Below are positions 48,631-57,776 of a DNA stretch of 64,000 bases, in pieces. Numbering within the stretch: the stretch's first letter is position 1; each line of letters opens with the position of its first letter. The notes under the pieces were generated by a model. The model did no database searches. It was given only the letters and a program-made list of their open reading frames with translations, and was not told the origin of the DNA. Source of the stretch: Patescibacteria group bacterium (GTDB taxonomy: Bacteria > Patescibacteriota > Minisyncoccia > UBA6257 > 2-01-FULL-56-20). Where the stretch lies: NCBI GenBank assembly GCA_028865305.1, contig JAGWKM010000002.1, forward strand, positions 3,236 to 67,235. Direction: 5' to 3'. Both the position numbers and the translations under genes were made by a program.

Positions 48631-49821
48631 ATGGAATCAAAACAGGAGCAAATCGATCGGCTGCTTTCGCGGAATGTTGAAAGTGTCATCGAAAAAGAAC
48701 ACCTGCGGAAAGCGCTTGAAAGCGGCAAAAAGCTGCGCGTGAAACTTGGCATCGACCCGACCTCGCCGGATCTGCATTTGGGCCACGCTGTTGTGCTGCA
48801 GAAATTGAAGGAGTTTCAGGATCTCGGCCATCAGATTGTTTTGATCATCGGTGATTTTACTGCGCGCATCGGTGATCCGACCGGCCGCTCGCAGGCCAGG
48901 AAACCGCTCTCGGAACGGGAAATCAAGGCCAACGAAAAAGAATATCTTAAACAAGCGGGCCTCATAATCAACATCAAGAAAGCTGAAATTTATCACAACA
49001 GCGGTTGGTTTTTGAAAGAAGGCGTAAACGGGCTTTTTGCCCTGACGGCCGCAGGCACCATGCAGCAGATGCTCCATCGCGGCGATTTCAAGGAACGGCT
49101 GGCCGCGGGCGGCGACGTGACCGTCACCGAGCTCCTGTATCCGCTTCTGCAGGGATATGATTCGGTAAAAGTCAGGGCGGATGCAGAGCTGGGAGGCAAC
49201 GACCAGCTTTTGAACCTGCTTGCGGGACGGAGGGTCCAGCGGCATTTTGGCATGGAGGAGCAAGATGTGCTCACGACGCCCTTGCTCGAAGGACTGGACG
49301 GCAAGAAGAAAATGAGCAAAAGCTATGGCAATTATATAGGGCTTACGGATGCGCCGGAGGATATGTTCGGCAAGACCATGTCCATTCCGGATCAGCTCGT
49401 TGAAAAATATTTCCTGTTCTGCACCGAACTGCCGGATGCCGAAATCAAATTGTCCCAAAAAGAAATGGGGCCGAAAGAATTTAAAGAACAGCTCGGTTTT
49501 GAACTGGTCAAGCTGTACCACGGTGAAAAAGCGGCGCACGCGGCCCGGGAACGTTTTGAAATGCTTTTTTCAAAAAAGGAGATTCCGGATGATATTCCGG
49601 AACTCAGGATTCCAGGGGGGAAACTCTCCGCCCTTGATCTCGTGGCGGCCTCCGGAGCGGCCAAAAGCAAAAGCGATGCCCGGCGCCTCATCGAACAAGG
49701 CGGCGTAGAATTAGCGGGAAAAACATTGAAAAATCCATTAGAGGTGCTTTCAATCAAGGGCGGCGAAGTTGTTAAAGTAGGGAAAAAGCGTTTTTTTAAA
49801 ATGGCGATAAGTAAAAAGTAA
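48631..49821 (+). CDS. tyrS: Tyrosine--tRNA ligase
   Basis: GIDPTSPDLHLGH, YPLLQGYD, KMSKS, S4 domain. Confidence 0.98.
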   Translation: MESKQEQIDRLLSRNVESVIEKEHLRKALESGKKLRVKLGIDPTSPDLHLGHAVVLQKLKEFQDLGHQIVLIIGDFTARIGDPTGRSQARKPLSEREIKANEKEYLKQAGLIINIKKAEIYHNSGWFLKEGVNGLFALTAAGTMQQMLHRGDFKERLAAGGDVTVTELLYPLLQGYDSVKVRADAELGGNDQLLNLLAGRRVQRHFGMEEQDVLTTPLLEGLDGKKKMSKSYGNYIGLTDAPEDMFGKTMSIPDQLVEKYFLFCTELPDAEIKLSQKEMGPKEFKEQLGFELVKLYHGEKAAHAARERFEMLFSKKEIPDDIPELRIPGGKLSALDLVAASGAAKSKSDARRLIEQGGVELAGKTLKNPLEVLSIKGGEVVKVGKKRFFKMAISKK

Positions 49822-50155
49822 CGGGAAAAAAGACAAGGAACAGGAAGTAAGAGACAAAGAACAAGAGATATTTGCCTGTGGATAACTTGAGTTGACGGGT
49901 TTTGTTGTCTTGATAAACTGAATTCAGAAGCAATTATTTGCCCCTTTCCCAATTTCATAAGTAGGATTACGGTCAGTCCACTGACCGAACAATTCACTCG
50001 CCGGGTTTATCCCGGCACATCAACGGCCCCTAGCACTACGCGGAGGCCGTTTCATTTTTTCTTCATGATCTTTTTCTGATGATTCTGTTATACTTTAAAA
50101 AGATTTCCGTATTATCACTGGCATCCCAAAGGTCCAACTTAAATTAATAAAAATC

Positions 50156-51457
50156 ATGCATAAAACAATTTCTTGGGTTTCCGGCCTTGCTCTGGTGGCG
50201 TCGATTGCGATCGCGCCGTCGCTTTCCTTTGCCCAAACCGTGAACTCGAGCAGTAGTTCAAACCTCCAGGCAGAGCTTCAGCTCATTGCTACTCTGACCG
50301 CCCAGGTGCAGCAGTTGCAACAGCAGTTGCAACAGATCCAGCAGCAGCGGCAGTCGGCGATCATGCAGCTCATAAGCACGTTACGCCAAGGTTCGACGGG
50401 CAGCCAAGTTACGCTTTTGCAGACCCTGCTTTCGGCCAGCTCCACGATCTATCCTGAAGGGCTTGTTACCGGCTTTTTCGGCCCGGCTACCGAAAGGGCG
50501 GTACAAAGGTTCCAAAGAGAGAATGGCTTGCCGCAGGTCGGCATCGTCGGTCCGCAAACACTCGCGAAACTGAACGAGTGGCTTAACGAAAATCCGATTG
50601 GCCTCGAAAATACGACTTCGACCGCGAATGTCTCGACCACTTTCATGGGCTTTGGCCACGGCGAAGGCAATGGGAATGGTTCGGGTGATGATAACCAAGG
50701 CGGGAACCAGAATGGCGGCGAAGGCAACCGCCTCTGCGCAATAGTTCCGCCGGGGCACTTCATTGCTCCGGGATGGTTGCGACACCACGATAACGAAATG
50801 CCGATCCTGCCTCCCTGCCAGATCCTGCCTCCGGGCATAACGGGGCAATTCCCAAGTTCTACGCCAAGCTCAACGCCGAGTTCTACGCCATTTACCCTTT
50901 CCGGCGTTTCGGCAGCCGCGGCAACGAGTACGGCTTCGGTCACGTGGAACACGAACATGCCCGCCAATTCGCAAGTGATGTATGGATTGACATCGGCATA
51001 CGGTTCAAGCACGGCGCTTGATTCGAACATGGTTACGACCCATACGGAAGCCGTTACAGGCCTCCTGCCGGGGACGATATACCATTTTGAGGTTGCGTCC
51101 GCAAATGCGTCTGGCACCATGGCGACGTCCTCCGACATGACATTTACGACCGGCGCGGTGGCTATATTGCCCGTAATCTCCGGCGTCAATTTCTCGGCGG
51201 CCAGCACGACGGCGCAGATCTCATGGAATACCAATACGTCAACTGACGGAAAAGTATTCTATGCCACGAGCTCGCCGGTTTCACTCACGTCCACGAGTAC
51301 GCTTTCCGTGAGTACGACGACCATGGCTACGAGCCATATGCTCGGCTTAACCAATCTGGCGACCGGCACGACCTACTATTTCGTCGTCCAATCGACTGAC
51401 GGTTCGAGCAATACGACGACATCAACTCAACAGTCGTTCAGCACGACAGCGCAATAA
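50156..51457 (+). CDS. Secreted peptidoglycan-binding + two FN3-like domain protein
   Basis: Signal peptide, TGFFGPATERAVQRFQ...GIVGPQT, PPGH.IAPGW, two WNTN...L..GT.Y.F.V.S repeats. Confidence 0.88.
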   Translation: MHKTISWVSGLALVASIAIAPSLSFAQTVNSSSSSNLQAELQLIATLTAQVQQLQQQLQQIQQQRQSAIMQLISTLRQGSTGSQVTLLQTLLSASSTIYPEGLVTGFFGPATERAVQRFQRENGLPQVGIVGPQTLAKLNEWLNENPIGLENTTSTANVSTTFMGFGHGEGNGNGSGDDNQGGNQNGGEGNRLCAIVPPGHFIAPGWLRHHDNEMPILPPCQILPPGITGQFPSSTPSSTPSSTPFTLSGVSAAAATSTASVTWNTNMPANSQVMYGLTSAYGSSTALDSNMVTTHTEAVTGLLPGTIYHFEVASANASGTMATSSDMTFTTGAVAILPVISGVNFSAASTTAQISWNTNTSTDGKVFYATSSPVSLTSTSTLSVSTTTMATSHMLGLTNLATGTTYYFVVQSTDGSSNTTTSTQQSFSTTAQ

Positions 51458-51560
51458 ACAGAATACAAAAACCGGCTTGTTTTTGGATGGAATGGGGCTT
51501 ATAAGTTGGCCTTATCCTCTCTAAAAACAAGCCGGTTTTTGTCTTCCTTCGTTTACGCCC

Positions 51561-52280
51561 TTAATATCCGGCAAATTCCTCGCTTTTTATATAGTCATCG
51601 TCCACGCCGATGCCGTTCAGTGCGACCCTCATCGCCATCGTCATCGTTGGCGGCCCGGCAACGTAGTAAATGGGCTTTGCGATATCATCGAGATGCCGCT
51701 TCAGCATTTCTCCGTCGATATAGCCGGTTTCCCCGTTCCATTTTTGCTTTGAATTTTCCATGCCGGTCATGGTTCCGACGAGGCGGAAGTGCGGATTCTG
51801 TTTTTCGAGATCGCCGAGTTCCCCTAAAAAAGCGGCGTCTTCGGGACGGCGATTCGAGTAAAAAAGCCAAATCTCATGCGGCAGCTTTTCGTGCGCGGCA
51901 TTCGCAATAATGCTCCGGAACGGCGTGATGCCGATCCCTCCGGCAAGGAATACCGCTGGCCGCGAAGCATCGTTTTGGAGCGTCATGGAACCCATCGGCC
52001 CCTCCATCTGTATTTCGCCGCCAATCGGCATCGCAGCCAAAACGCGCTTAAACGCAGAATCCCGCATCCGCGTCGCGATCATAATGCGGTCTTCAAAAGG
52101 CGCTCCGGCCAAAGAAAACGTCCGCACATTTCCCTCCGCGTCCGTTTCCGGCGGATCAACCAGGGTGAAATCGCAATACTGGCCAGCCTTAAAACTGAAC
52201 GCCGGCGGTTTTTCGAAAAAAATCGCCTTGGTCCCCTCAGCAACGTCCCTGCGATCGAGTAATTTCACCTTAAATTTCAT
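51561..52280 (-). CDS. FAD/NAD(P)-binding oxidoreductase (FNR family)
   Basis: RTFSLA, AGGIGITPFRS, YVAGPP, EEFAGY. Confidence 0.92.
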   Translation of the reverse strand: MKFKVKLLDRRDVAEGTKAIFFEKPPAFSFKAGQYCDFTLVDPPETDAEGNVRTFSLAGAPFEDRIMIATRMRDSAFKRVLAAMPIGGEIQMEGPMGSMTLQNDASRPAVFLAGGIGITPFRSIIANAAHEKLPHEIWLFYSNRRPEDAAFLGELGDLEKQNPHFRLVGTMTGMENSKQKWNGETGYIDGEMLKRHLDDIAKPIYYVAGPPTMTMAMRVALNGIGVDDDYIKSEEFAGY

Positions 52281-52320
52281 ATTCCTTGTTTATATTATAA
52301 TAAATGAAGGATTATTCGCT

Positions 52321-52689
52321 ATGCCTGGCAAATTCAAATATCAAGCAAGTGCCAATATTATTGTTTTGATTCATGTTTTTTGGACTCTGCTCCTGTTTGG
52401 CGGTGCTGTTTTTATGTTTTTCGCCCGCTGGTATGCGCCCTTCCAAATCGGCCTGATGTCCTTCACTTTGCTTATCGCAATTCCCTTCGGCCGCACCTGC
52501 CCGCTTACTCTTTTTGAGGAATGGTTGAGAAAAAAGATCAATCCCGACTACACCAATAATCGATCTTATATGGTCACTTATATTAATAAAATATTCGGGA
52601 CTAAGTTCAGTAGAAAACAAATCATTATATATAACGGCTGTTTTTATGTGGCTGCCTATATCGCCGCAGCCCTTATTTGGACCCATTAA
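52321..52689 (+). CDS. DUF2784-like membrane protein
   Basis: IH.....F, CPLTLFEEWLR; low GC. Confidence 0.75.
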   Translation: MPGKFKYQASANIIVLIHVFWTLLLFGGAVFMFFARWYAPFQIGLMSFTLLIAIPFGRTCPLTLFEEWLRKKINPDYTNNRSYMVTYINKIFGTKFSRKQIIIYNGCFYVAAYIAAALIWTH

Positions 52690-52764
52690 TGGTGCATTGT
52701 CGGTGCAAAAGCTGTTGATAAAAATAGGATTAGGGGGTTGCGCGGCTTATCCTATAATGAAACC

Positions 52765-53211
52765 ATGAAGGTCCGCGATGTCATGATCTCTCCGGTGATT
52801 ACCATAACGCCGGATACAACCTACGAGGAAGCTGCCCGGCTTCTCCACGCGAACCGGATCAGCGGCGTGCCGGTCGTGGATGCCGCTGGCAAGTTGGCCG
52901 GCATCGTTTCCGAGAAGGATCTTTTCCGCGCGATGTATCCCCTCTATGAAGAATATATCCTGGAACCGCACGCATACTATAACCAAGAACGGCAAGAAGA
53001 AGAGATTGAGGCCATCCGCAAGCAGCCGGTTGAAAAATTCATGAGCAAAGGCGTTGTCGTCATTTCTCCACATGAATCCATCCTCCACGCCGGGGGTTTG
53101 ATGCTCGCCCGCGGGCTCCATCGCCTGCCCGTTGTCGACGGCGGCCGACTCATCGGCATAGTCACGCGAGAGGATATTTATGGCACCATATTAAAGAAAC
53201 ATTTTGAATAA
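52765..53211 (+). CDS. CBS domain protein
   Basis: MKVRDVM, ISGVPVVD...GIVSEKDL, RLPVVD..LIGIVTREDI. Confidence 0.92.
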   Translation: MKVRDVMISPVITITPDTTYEEAARLLHANRISGVPVVDAAGKLAGIVSEKDLFRAMYPLYEEYILEPHAYYNQERQEEEIEAIRKQPVEKFMSKGVVVISPHESILHAGGLMLARGLHRLPVVDGGRLIGIVTREDIYGTILKKHFE

Positions 53212-53215
53212 AACC

Positions 53216-53596
53216 ATGCCCGAACATTTTCAAGAAATACCCGGCGTCCGCGGGCGCGAAGAATATGACGAGGCGGCCGAATTGCGCTTGGCCGCGGAAA
53301 AAGTGAAGCAGCTTGCCGTCCAGCACGAGTCCGATTGGGCTCATGCGAAAAATACCGCGGAATTCCTCGCGACAATTGCCGAATACCTATCCCGAATTGA
53401 GGAAATCGGCTATTTCGTCGATGTCGAATTCGACGGGCGGCCGTTTGAGGGTGCGGCCAAAATGGTTGAAATCCCCGGGAACATGAAGGTATTTTTTGAA
53501 AAAGAAGGGCAAAGAACCGACGTTTCGGATCATTTCCGCGATCGTGCCGAGGGGTTATTGGAAGCCGAAAGGGAAAAGCTCCCCAAAGCTGCTTGA
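53216..53596 (+). CDS. Hypothetical protein
   Basis: Acidic ORF directly after the CBS gene. Confidence 0.65.
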   Translation: MPEHFQEIPGVRGREEYDEAAELRLAAEKVKQLAVQHESDWAHAKNTAEFLATIAEYLSRIEEIGYFVDVEFDGRPFEGAAKMVEIPGNMKVFFEKEGQRTDVSDHFRDRAEGLLEAEREKLPKAA

Positions 53597-53679
53597 TTTT
53601 TCTAGAATTTTATGTTATATTAACGACGGATCGAGCCGGCGGAAAAACTTTTTGTTTCCCACCTCTCGCCTCCCGATGC

Positions 53680-53987
53680 GGGGACGCATTGGCTTTGATA
53701 ACGATGGGCTGCGGGTTTGCGGGCCGAAGGCGCGGGCGTTACAGCGCATCCATTATAACTGGCAACTCTCGAGTTCCAGCTCCGAGCTTCGCTTTCGCCT
53801 AGCTTGGGATCGGCCAATCCGGGCTTCTTGGGTTGACGCCGGTCTTATACAAGGAAGCTAAGCTCTCCGCGACGATTCTGACGGAGAGACGAAAACTAAG
53901 AATCATTTTGCCTAACTCGTTTAGACTACGCCCGTAGAAGATCCGCGAGTCCCATCGTTACACGAGGTTTCGATACCTCCGTCTCCA
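53680..53987 (+). ncRNA. ssrA: tmRNA; tag (A)GNSRVPAPSFAFA*
   Basis: Acceptor GGGGACG/CGTCTCC-A with G3:U70; T-arm GAGGT-TTCGAT-ACCTC; ATAACT|GGC resume codon at 53761, TAG at 53800-53802. Confidence 0.93.
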
Positions 53988-54151
53988 CTCGACGCGCCCT
54001 CCTTATGGAGGGCTTGCTCGTGGTAAACCACCTACCCGCTCGCAGAACAATCAATGAAATAACTCGCGCGTCGAGTGCCCTGAGCGAGTCTTCGAGTCGA
54101 AGGGCATATTTTTTAACGTTTATTTAATCTTTGTTTTATATAATCCCAATC

Positions 54152-54421
54152 ATGTACTTCGTTTACATGATCAAAAATGATTTCGACAAGCTTTACGTCG
54201 GCATTTCCGGCAACGCTAATAAGCGAGTTCACACCCACAGTTCGAATCGTGGTGCAAGATTTACAAAGGGCAAAGCAAAATTTCGATTAGTTTTTAAGGA
54301 AGAATACGAAACATTGGCGGAAGCCAGAAAACGTGAAATCCAAATCAAAAAGTGGCGGCGAGAGAAGAAAGAAATGCTAGTCGAGAAATATAGAAAAGGA
54401 TTGCCGACGAAAATGGAATAA
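54152..54421 (+). CDS. Small GIY-YIG nuclease
   Basis: YFVYMI...LYVGIS...RV..H...GARFT...E.Y....EARKRE.QIKKW.R.KK. Confidence 0.93.
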   Translation: MYFVYMIKNDFDKLYVGISGNANKRVHTHSSNRGARFTKGKAKFRLVFKEEYETLAEARKREIQIKKWRREKKEMLVEKYRKGLPTKME

Positions 54422-54439
54422 GCGACTATTTAGCAGTTG

Positions 54440-54553
54440 CGGTTTCGAATTCTCCTAAACGAGAGTCTATTCTGTATTTATCTGAACAATTTTGAGTTTT
54501 CCAAAATTCACCAAAATGGCAGAAATTGAGGTAGAGACGGACGGTTGGCAAAC
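54440..54553 (+). repeat. Cassette-upstream segment: copy of 11931-11979 plus an L site
   Basis: CGGTTTCGAAYTCTC..AAAYGAGAGTYTATTCTGYATTTATCTGAACA, then AGAGACGGACGGTTGGCAAAC. Confidence 0.88.
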
Positions 54554-54575
54554 TTTTATTTGATATAGTTAAGGT

Positions 54576-55328
54576 ATGAACCGGAAAGGATTTGCACCGA
54601 TTGTTGTTCTGCTAATCATGGTGGGAATTTTAGTTGTCGGCGGTGTCGGCTACTATGCTTTTCGTAATAATGCGATTAAATCCGAAACATCTCAAGCAAC
54701 CATCAATTGGACCCAACAACCCTATGAGATTAAGCTGTTTCCGGGCACGGTGAAAGTGGTTGATCTGCATTTCATTACAAGCCACAACCTCTCGGCACCA
54801 TCGCTTTACATATCACCTTCCTTGTCTCGATATTTAACCTTCGCCAATATCGGTTCTGGTACGCTTTTCGGAAATGAGCAGGCGACGCTACGCGCGCGAT
54901 TTACAATTCCGGATTCGATACCGCCTGGTACTTATAGCGGGGCCGTTCAAATAAAAAATGGAGGTAGCGATATTGAACAACCATTGACAGTAACCATCCA
55001 CGTCGAAATCCCATCAAATAAAATTATCCCACAAGAAACTGCTTTTCCCTCTCCAGACCGCATCATGACTACGGCCGGAGGGGCAACTATGGTGAAAGAT
55101 GAAATTGATGTAATGCTTGCAGATAATACATCGAATCCCGACGAAACGATAAGAGCAATAGCAACTGCCACAAATGGTCTTATTATCGGCTCTGTCCCCA
55201 ACGGGCTTACTTATCAGCTAAAATACAACGTTTCAAATATTAACGACCTTCAACAAATTCAAGCTAAAATAAAAAGGATGTCACACGTAGAGGACGCTAT
55301 ATTTTCTGTGTTTGGCGGACTAAACTGA
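54576..55328 (+). CDS. Pilin-like surface protein, paralog of cassette 1
   Basis: 250 aa, about 33 substitutions relative to 11093-11845, no indels. Confidence 0.88.
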   Translation: MNRKGFAPIVVLLIMVGILVVGGVGYYAFRNNAIKSETSQATINWTQQPYEIKLFPGTVKVVDLHFITSHNLSAPSLYISPSLSRYLTFANIGSGTLFGNEQATLRARFTIPDSIPPGTYSGAVQIKNGGSDIEQPLTVTIHVEIPSNKIIPQETAFPSPDRIMTTAGGATMVKDEIDVMLADNTSNPDETIRAIATATNGLIIGSVPNGLTYQLKYNVSNINDLQQIQAKIKRMSHVEDAIFSVFGGLN

Positions 55329-55355
55329 ACTCATAGTGAAACTGTTTAATATAAA

Positions 55356-55406
55356 ATATTCGTAAATTCATCGTACCAGAGTTTGCCAGTTGTCCGGAAC
55401 AACTCC
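55356..55406 (+). repeat. R site
   Basis: ATATTCGTAAATTCATCGTACCAGAGTTTGCCAGTTGTCCGGAACAACTCC. Confidence 0.9.
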
Positions 55407-55452
55407 GCTGTGTTTTTTGTATTAGTACAATCCTGGATTGTTTTGCAATAAA

Positions 55453-56022
55453 TCATTCCACCTCTCTCACGCGCTGCACGTCGGTTTTCCTTAAAAGTTC
55501 CGCCTGAAGCTCCTCCGCTAACTCTCGGTCGATCACCGGCAAAGTACCCTCAGATTCACCTTCCGGCTTCTGCTCGTCCTCGTGTCCCGCAGTGAGGATG
55601 ACCAAACGGCATACGCCGAGCATGCGGTCAGTAATATCCTGTTCAATGTCAACGTCTTGAATCTGGCGATAGGGAATGGCAATTTCTTCGCGGTTAAACA
55701 CGCCGCGGCGGATCTTCAGGGCGTCATCTTGAAGCGCATATTGATAATTGATATAGATCAACCAGGAAACGAAGATTGCGATAAGGAAGGTGATGAGGAA
55801 TATTCCGGAAGCGATCATCGCCGCCCACAGGCCATAGATTGCGAGATCGCCAAGGGGAGTTTTTGCCAAGAGATTCGCCTGATTTAAGCCGAACAATCCG
55901 GCGGCAACGACCAAAAAAACCATGGATGGCGCGATCCGGTCCAAAATAAACACCCAGAGCGTTTTCCGGCTAAGGCGGCGATAGGGAATATCAACCACTG
56001 CGCTTGCTTCGTCGATTGCCAT
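55453..56022 (-). CDS. Bacterial PH domain (bPH_2) membrane protein
   Basis: Two TMs, then IRRGVFNREEIAIPYRQIQDVDIEQ...RMLG...LTAG. Confidence 0.88.
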   Translation of the reverse strand: MAIDEASAVVDIPYRRLSRKTLWVFILDRIAPSMVFLVVAAGLFGLNQANLLAKTPLGDLAIYGLWAAMIASGIFLITFLIAIFVSWLIYINYQYALQDDALKIRRGVFNREEIAIPYRQIQDVDIEQDITDRMLGVCRLVILTAGHEDEQKPEGESEGTLPVIDRELAEELQAELLRKTDVQRVREVE

Positions 56023-56156
56023 GTTTATATTCTATCATGAGCCCGACACGCCGGAGAGAATGCCCTGGTGGGAAAATAACCCCATGAAACACATACCGGC
56101 TTTCCGGCTGTTTTTGACGAAACTGGGTATTTTAACCTACAATACAATCAATAAAA

Positions 56157-56663
56157 GTGCCTAAACCACGACTCAACCACCAAATAACCGCCCCCGAACT
56201 CCGCATCATTGGCGCCGACGGAGAAAACCTGGGCGTCATGAAGCGCACTGAGGCGCTCGCCTTAGCCACTCCGGAATCCGGCTTGGATTTAATCGAGGTT
56301 TCTCCGAACGCGAAGCCGCCCGTTGCACGGCTTATGAGTTACGATAAATTCCGCTACGAAGAAGCGAAGCGGGAAAAGACCGAGCGGAAGGCGCAAAAGA
56401 GCGCAGAGTTGAAGCACGTGCAGATTACGGTTCGGGCGGCGCAGAATGATTTATTGATCAAGGTGAAGCAGGTGGAAAAATTTTTCAAAGATGGCCATCC
56501 GATCGAAGTGAATCTTCGGCTGCGGGGGCGCGAGAAAAGAAATAAGGATTGGGCGATGCAGAAGTTGAATGAGTTCCTGCAAATGCTGCCGATGGAGTAT
56601 AAGAGGGTGAACGAACCGAGATTCGGCATGAACGGCCCGAGCGTGCAGATCGTCAAGAAATGA
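56157..56663 (+). CDS. infC: Translation initiation factor IF-3
   Basis: NHQI...RII...GENLG, LDLIEVSPNAKPPVAR, LRGRE; GTG start, or in-frame ATA at 56151. Confidence 0.96.
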   Translation: MPKPRLNHQITAPELRIIGADGENLGVMKRTEALALATPESGLDLIEVSPNAKPPVARLMSYDKFRYEEAKREKTERKAQKSAELKHVQITVRAAQNDLLIKVKQVEKFFKDGHPIEVNLRLRGREKRNKDWAMQKLNEFLQMLPMEYKRVNEPRFGMNGPSVQIVKK

Positions 56664-56881
56664 CCTGCGGCTCGGCGCGTTTTTATTGAATTAGAAAAAA
56701 TAAGGCGCATGCTTTGTCGGGCACGGCGTCGCATTGCTCCAGCGGCAACGCGCGCCTCCCTCTCGCCCCGCGCGCCGCCATCAGAATGGCGGACCGAGCC
56801 GCGCGGGGTTCCGAGAGTCCCCACAAAGCATGTGCCTTATTTTTTCTAATGTTCTTTTTGCGCCGAGCCGCAGGTCATTTC
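56657..56881 (+). ncRNA. Candidate structured RNA/hairpin element, copy 2 (infC 3' end)
   Basis: 22-bp perfect and 28-bp near-perfect stems closing the same 3-way-junction core as 13675-13887. Confidence 0.7.
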
Positions 56882-57105
56882 GAGACGATACTTGCCTTAA
56901 ATTAAATTTAATTTACGAGGCTCTTACAGCCGACGGATATAACCACCCCTTATCACTTCCGCGTAGAACGTCTTTGAGTCATGTGCGTTCCGGAAAAATT
57001 AGGGGGAACGTATTCGAGCCGGCCTTTGGGAACTGGCTTTAAATTTGCATAAAATTCGCCTTTATAGTACACTTACTCTGTTCAAAAACGGCTTGAATTA
57101 ATTCT

Positions 57106-57288
57106 ATGCCAACCTACATGTCTTCAAAAAGCTTACTGAAACGGATCCGCATCACGAAAAACGGCAAAATTGTCCGGCGCCCGATGGCGGTGGACCATTT
57201 CCGTACGCGCTCGACCGCGAAAAATATCCGCGGAAAGCGCAAAGGGCGGGGCTTGGAGTATCCGATGAAGAAGATATTGAATTATTGA
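57106..57288 (+). CDS. rpmI: 50S ribosomal protein L35
   Basis: KSLLKRIRITKNGKIVRR...H; lies between infC and rplT. Confidence 0.88.
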   Translation: MPTYMSSKSLLKRIRITKNGKIVRRPMAVDHFRTRSTAKNIRGKRKGRGLEYPMKKILNY

Positions 57289-57367
57289 TTATTCGGAGCA
57301 TAGAGAATGGAAGTTGGAGAATTGAGTAATTCCCGCTTCCAGCTTCAACTCTCCAATTTTTAACAAA

Positions 57368-57712
57368 ATGCCACGAGTCAAACGGGGAATCATCGCCCAT
57401 AAGCGGCGCGAAAAAGTTCTGAAATACACCAAGGGCTATTCTTGGGGGCGCAAATCGAAAGAGCGCGCCGCAAAAGAAGCCCTGCTCCATGCGTGGACGC
57501 ATGCTTTCCGCGGCCGCAAAGAAAAGAAGCGTGATTTTAGGGCGTTGTGGAATGTGAAAATCAATGCTGCGGTGCGCACCGAAGGCATGCCATATAACAA
57601 ACTGATTGCGGCGCTCAAGAAAAAAAATGTGGCACTGGACCGGAAAATATTAGCTGATCTCGCCGAACACGAGCCGGCAGTGTTCAAGAAAGTGGTTGAA
57701 TTCGTAAAGTAA
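57368..57712 (+). CDS. rplT: 50S ribosomal protein L20
   Basis: MPRVKRG...KKRDFRALW..KINAA...LDRKILADLA. Confidence 0.98.
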   Translation: MPRVKRGIIAHKRREKVLKYTKGYSWGRKSKERAAKEALLHAWTHAFRGRKEKKRDFRALWNVKINAAVRTEGMPYNKLIAALKKKNVALDRKILADLAEHEPAVFKKVVEFVK

Positions 57713-57717
57713 AACAA

Positions 57718-57776
57718 ATAAAACAAGGCATTTGAGCAGTAGTTGATCAAACTGCTTTCAAACGCCTTGTTTTATT
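57718..57776. terminator. Bidirectional terminator hairpin
   Basis: ATAAAACAAGGCATTTGAGCAGT...ACTGCTTTCAAACGCCTTGTTTTAT between convergent genes. Confidence 0.75.
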
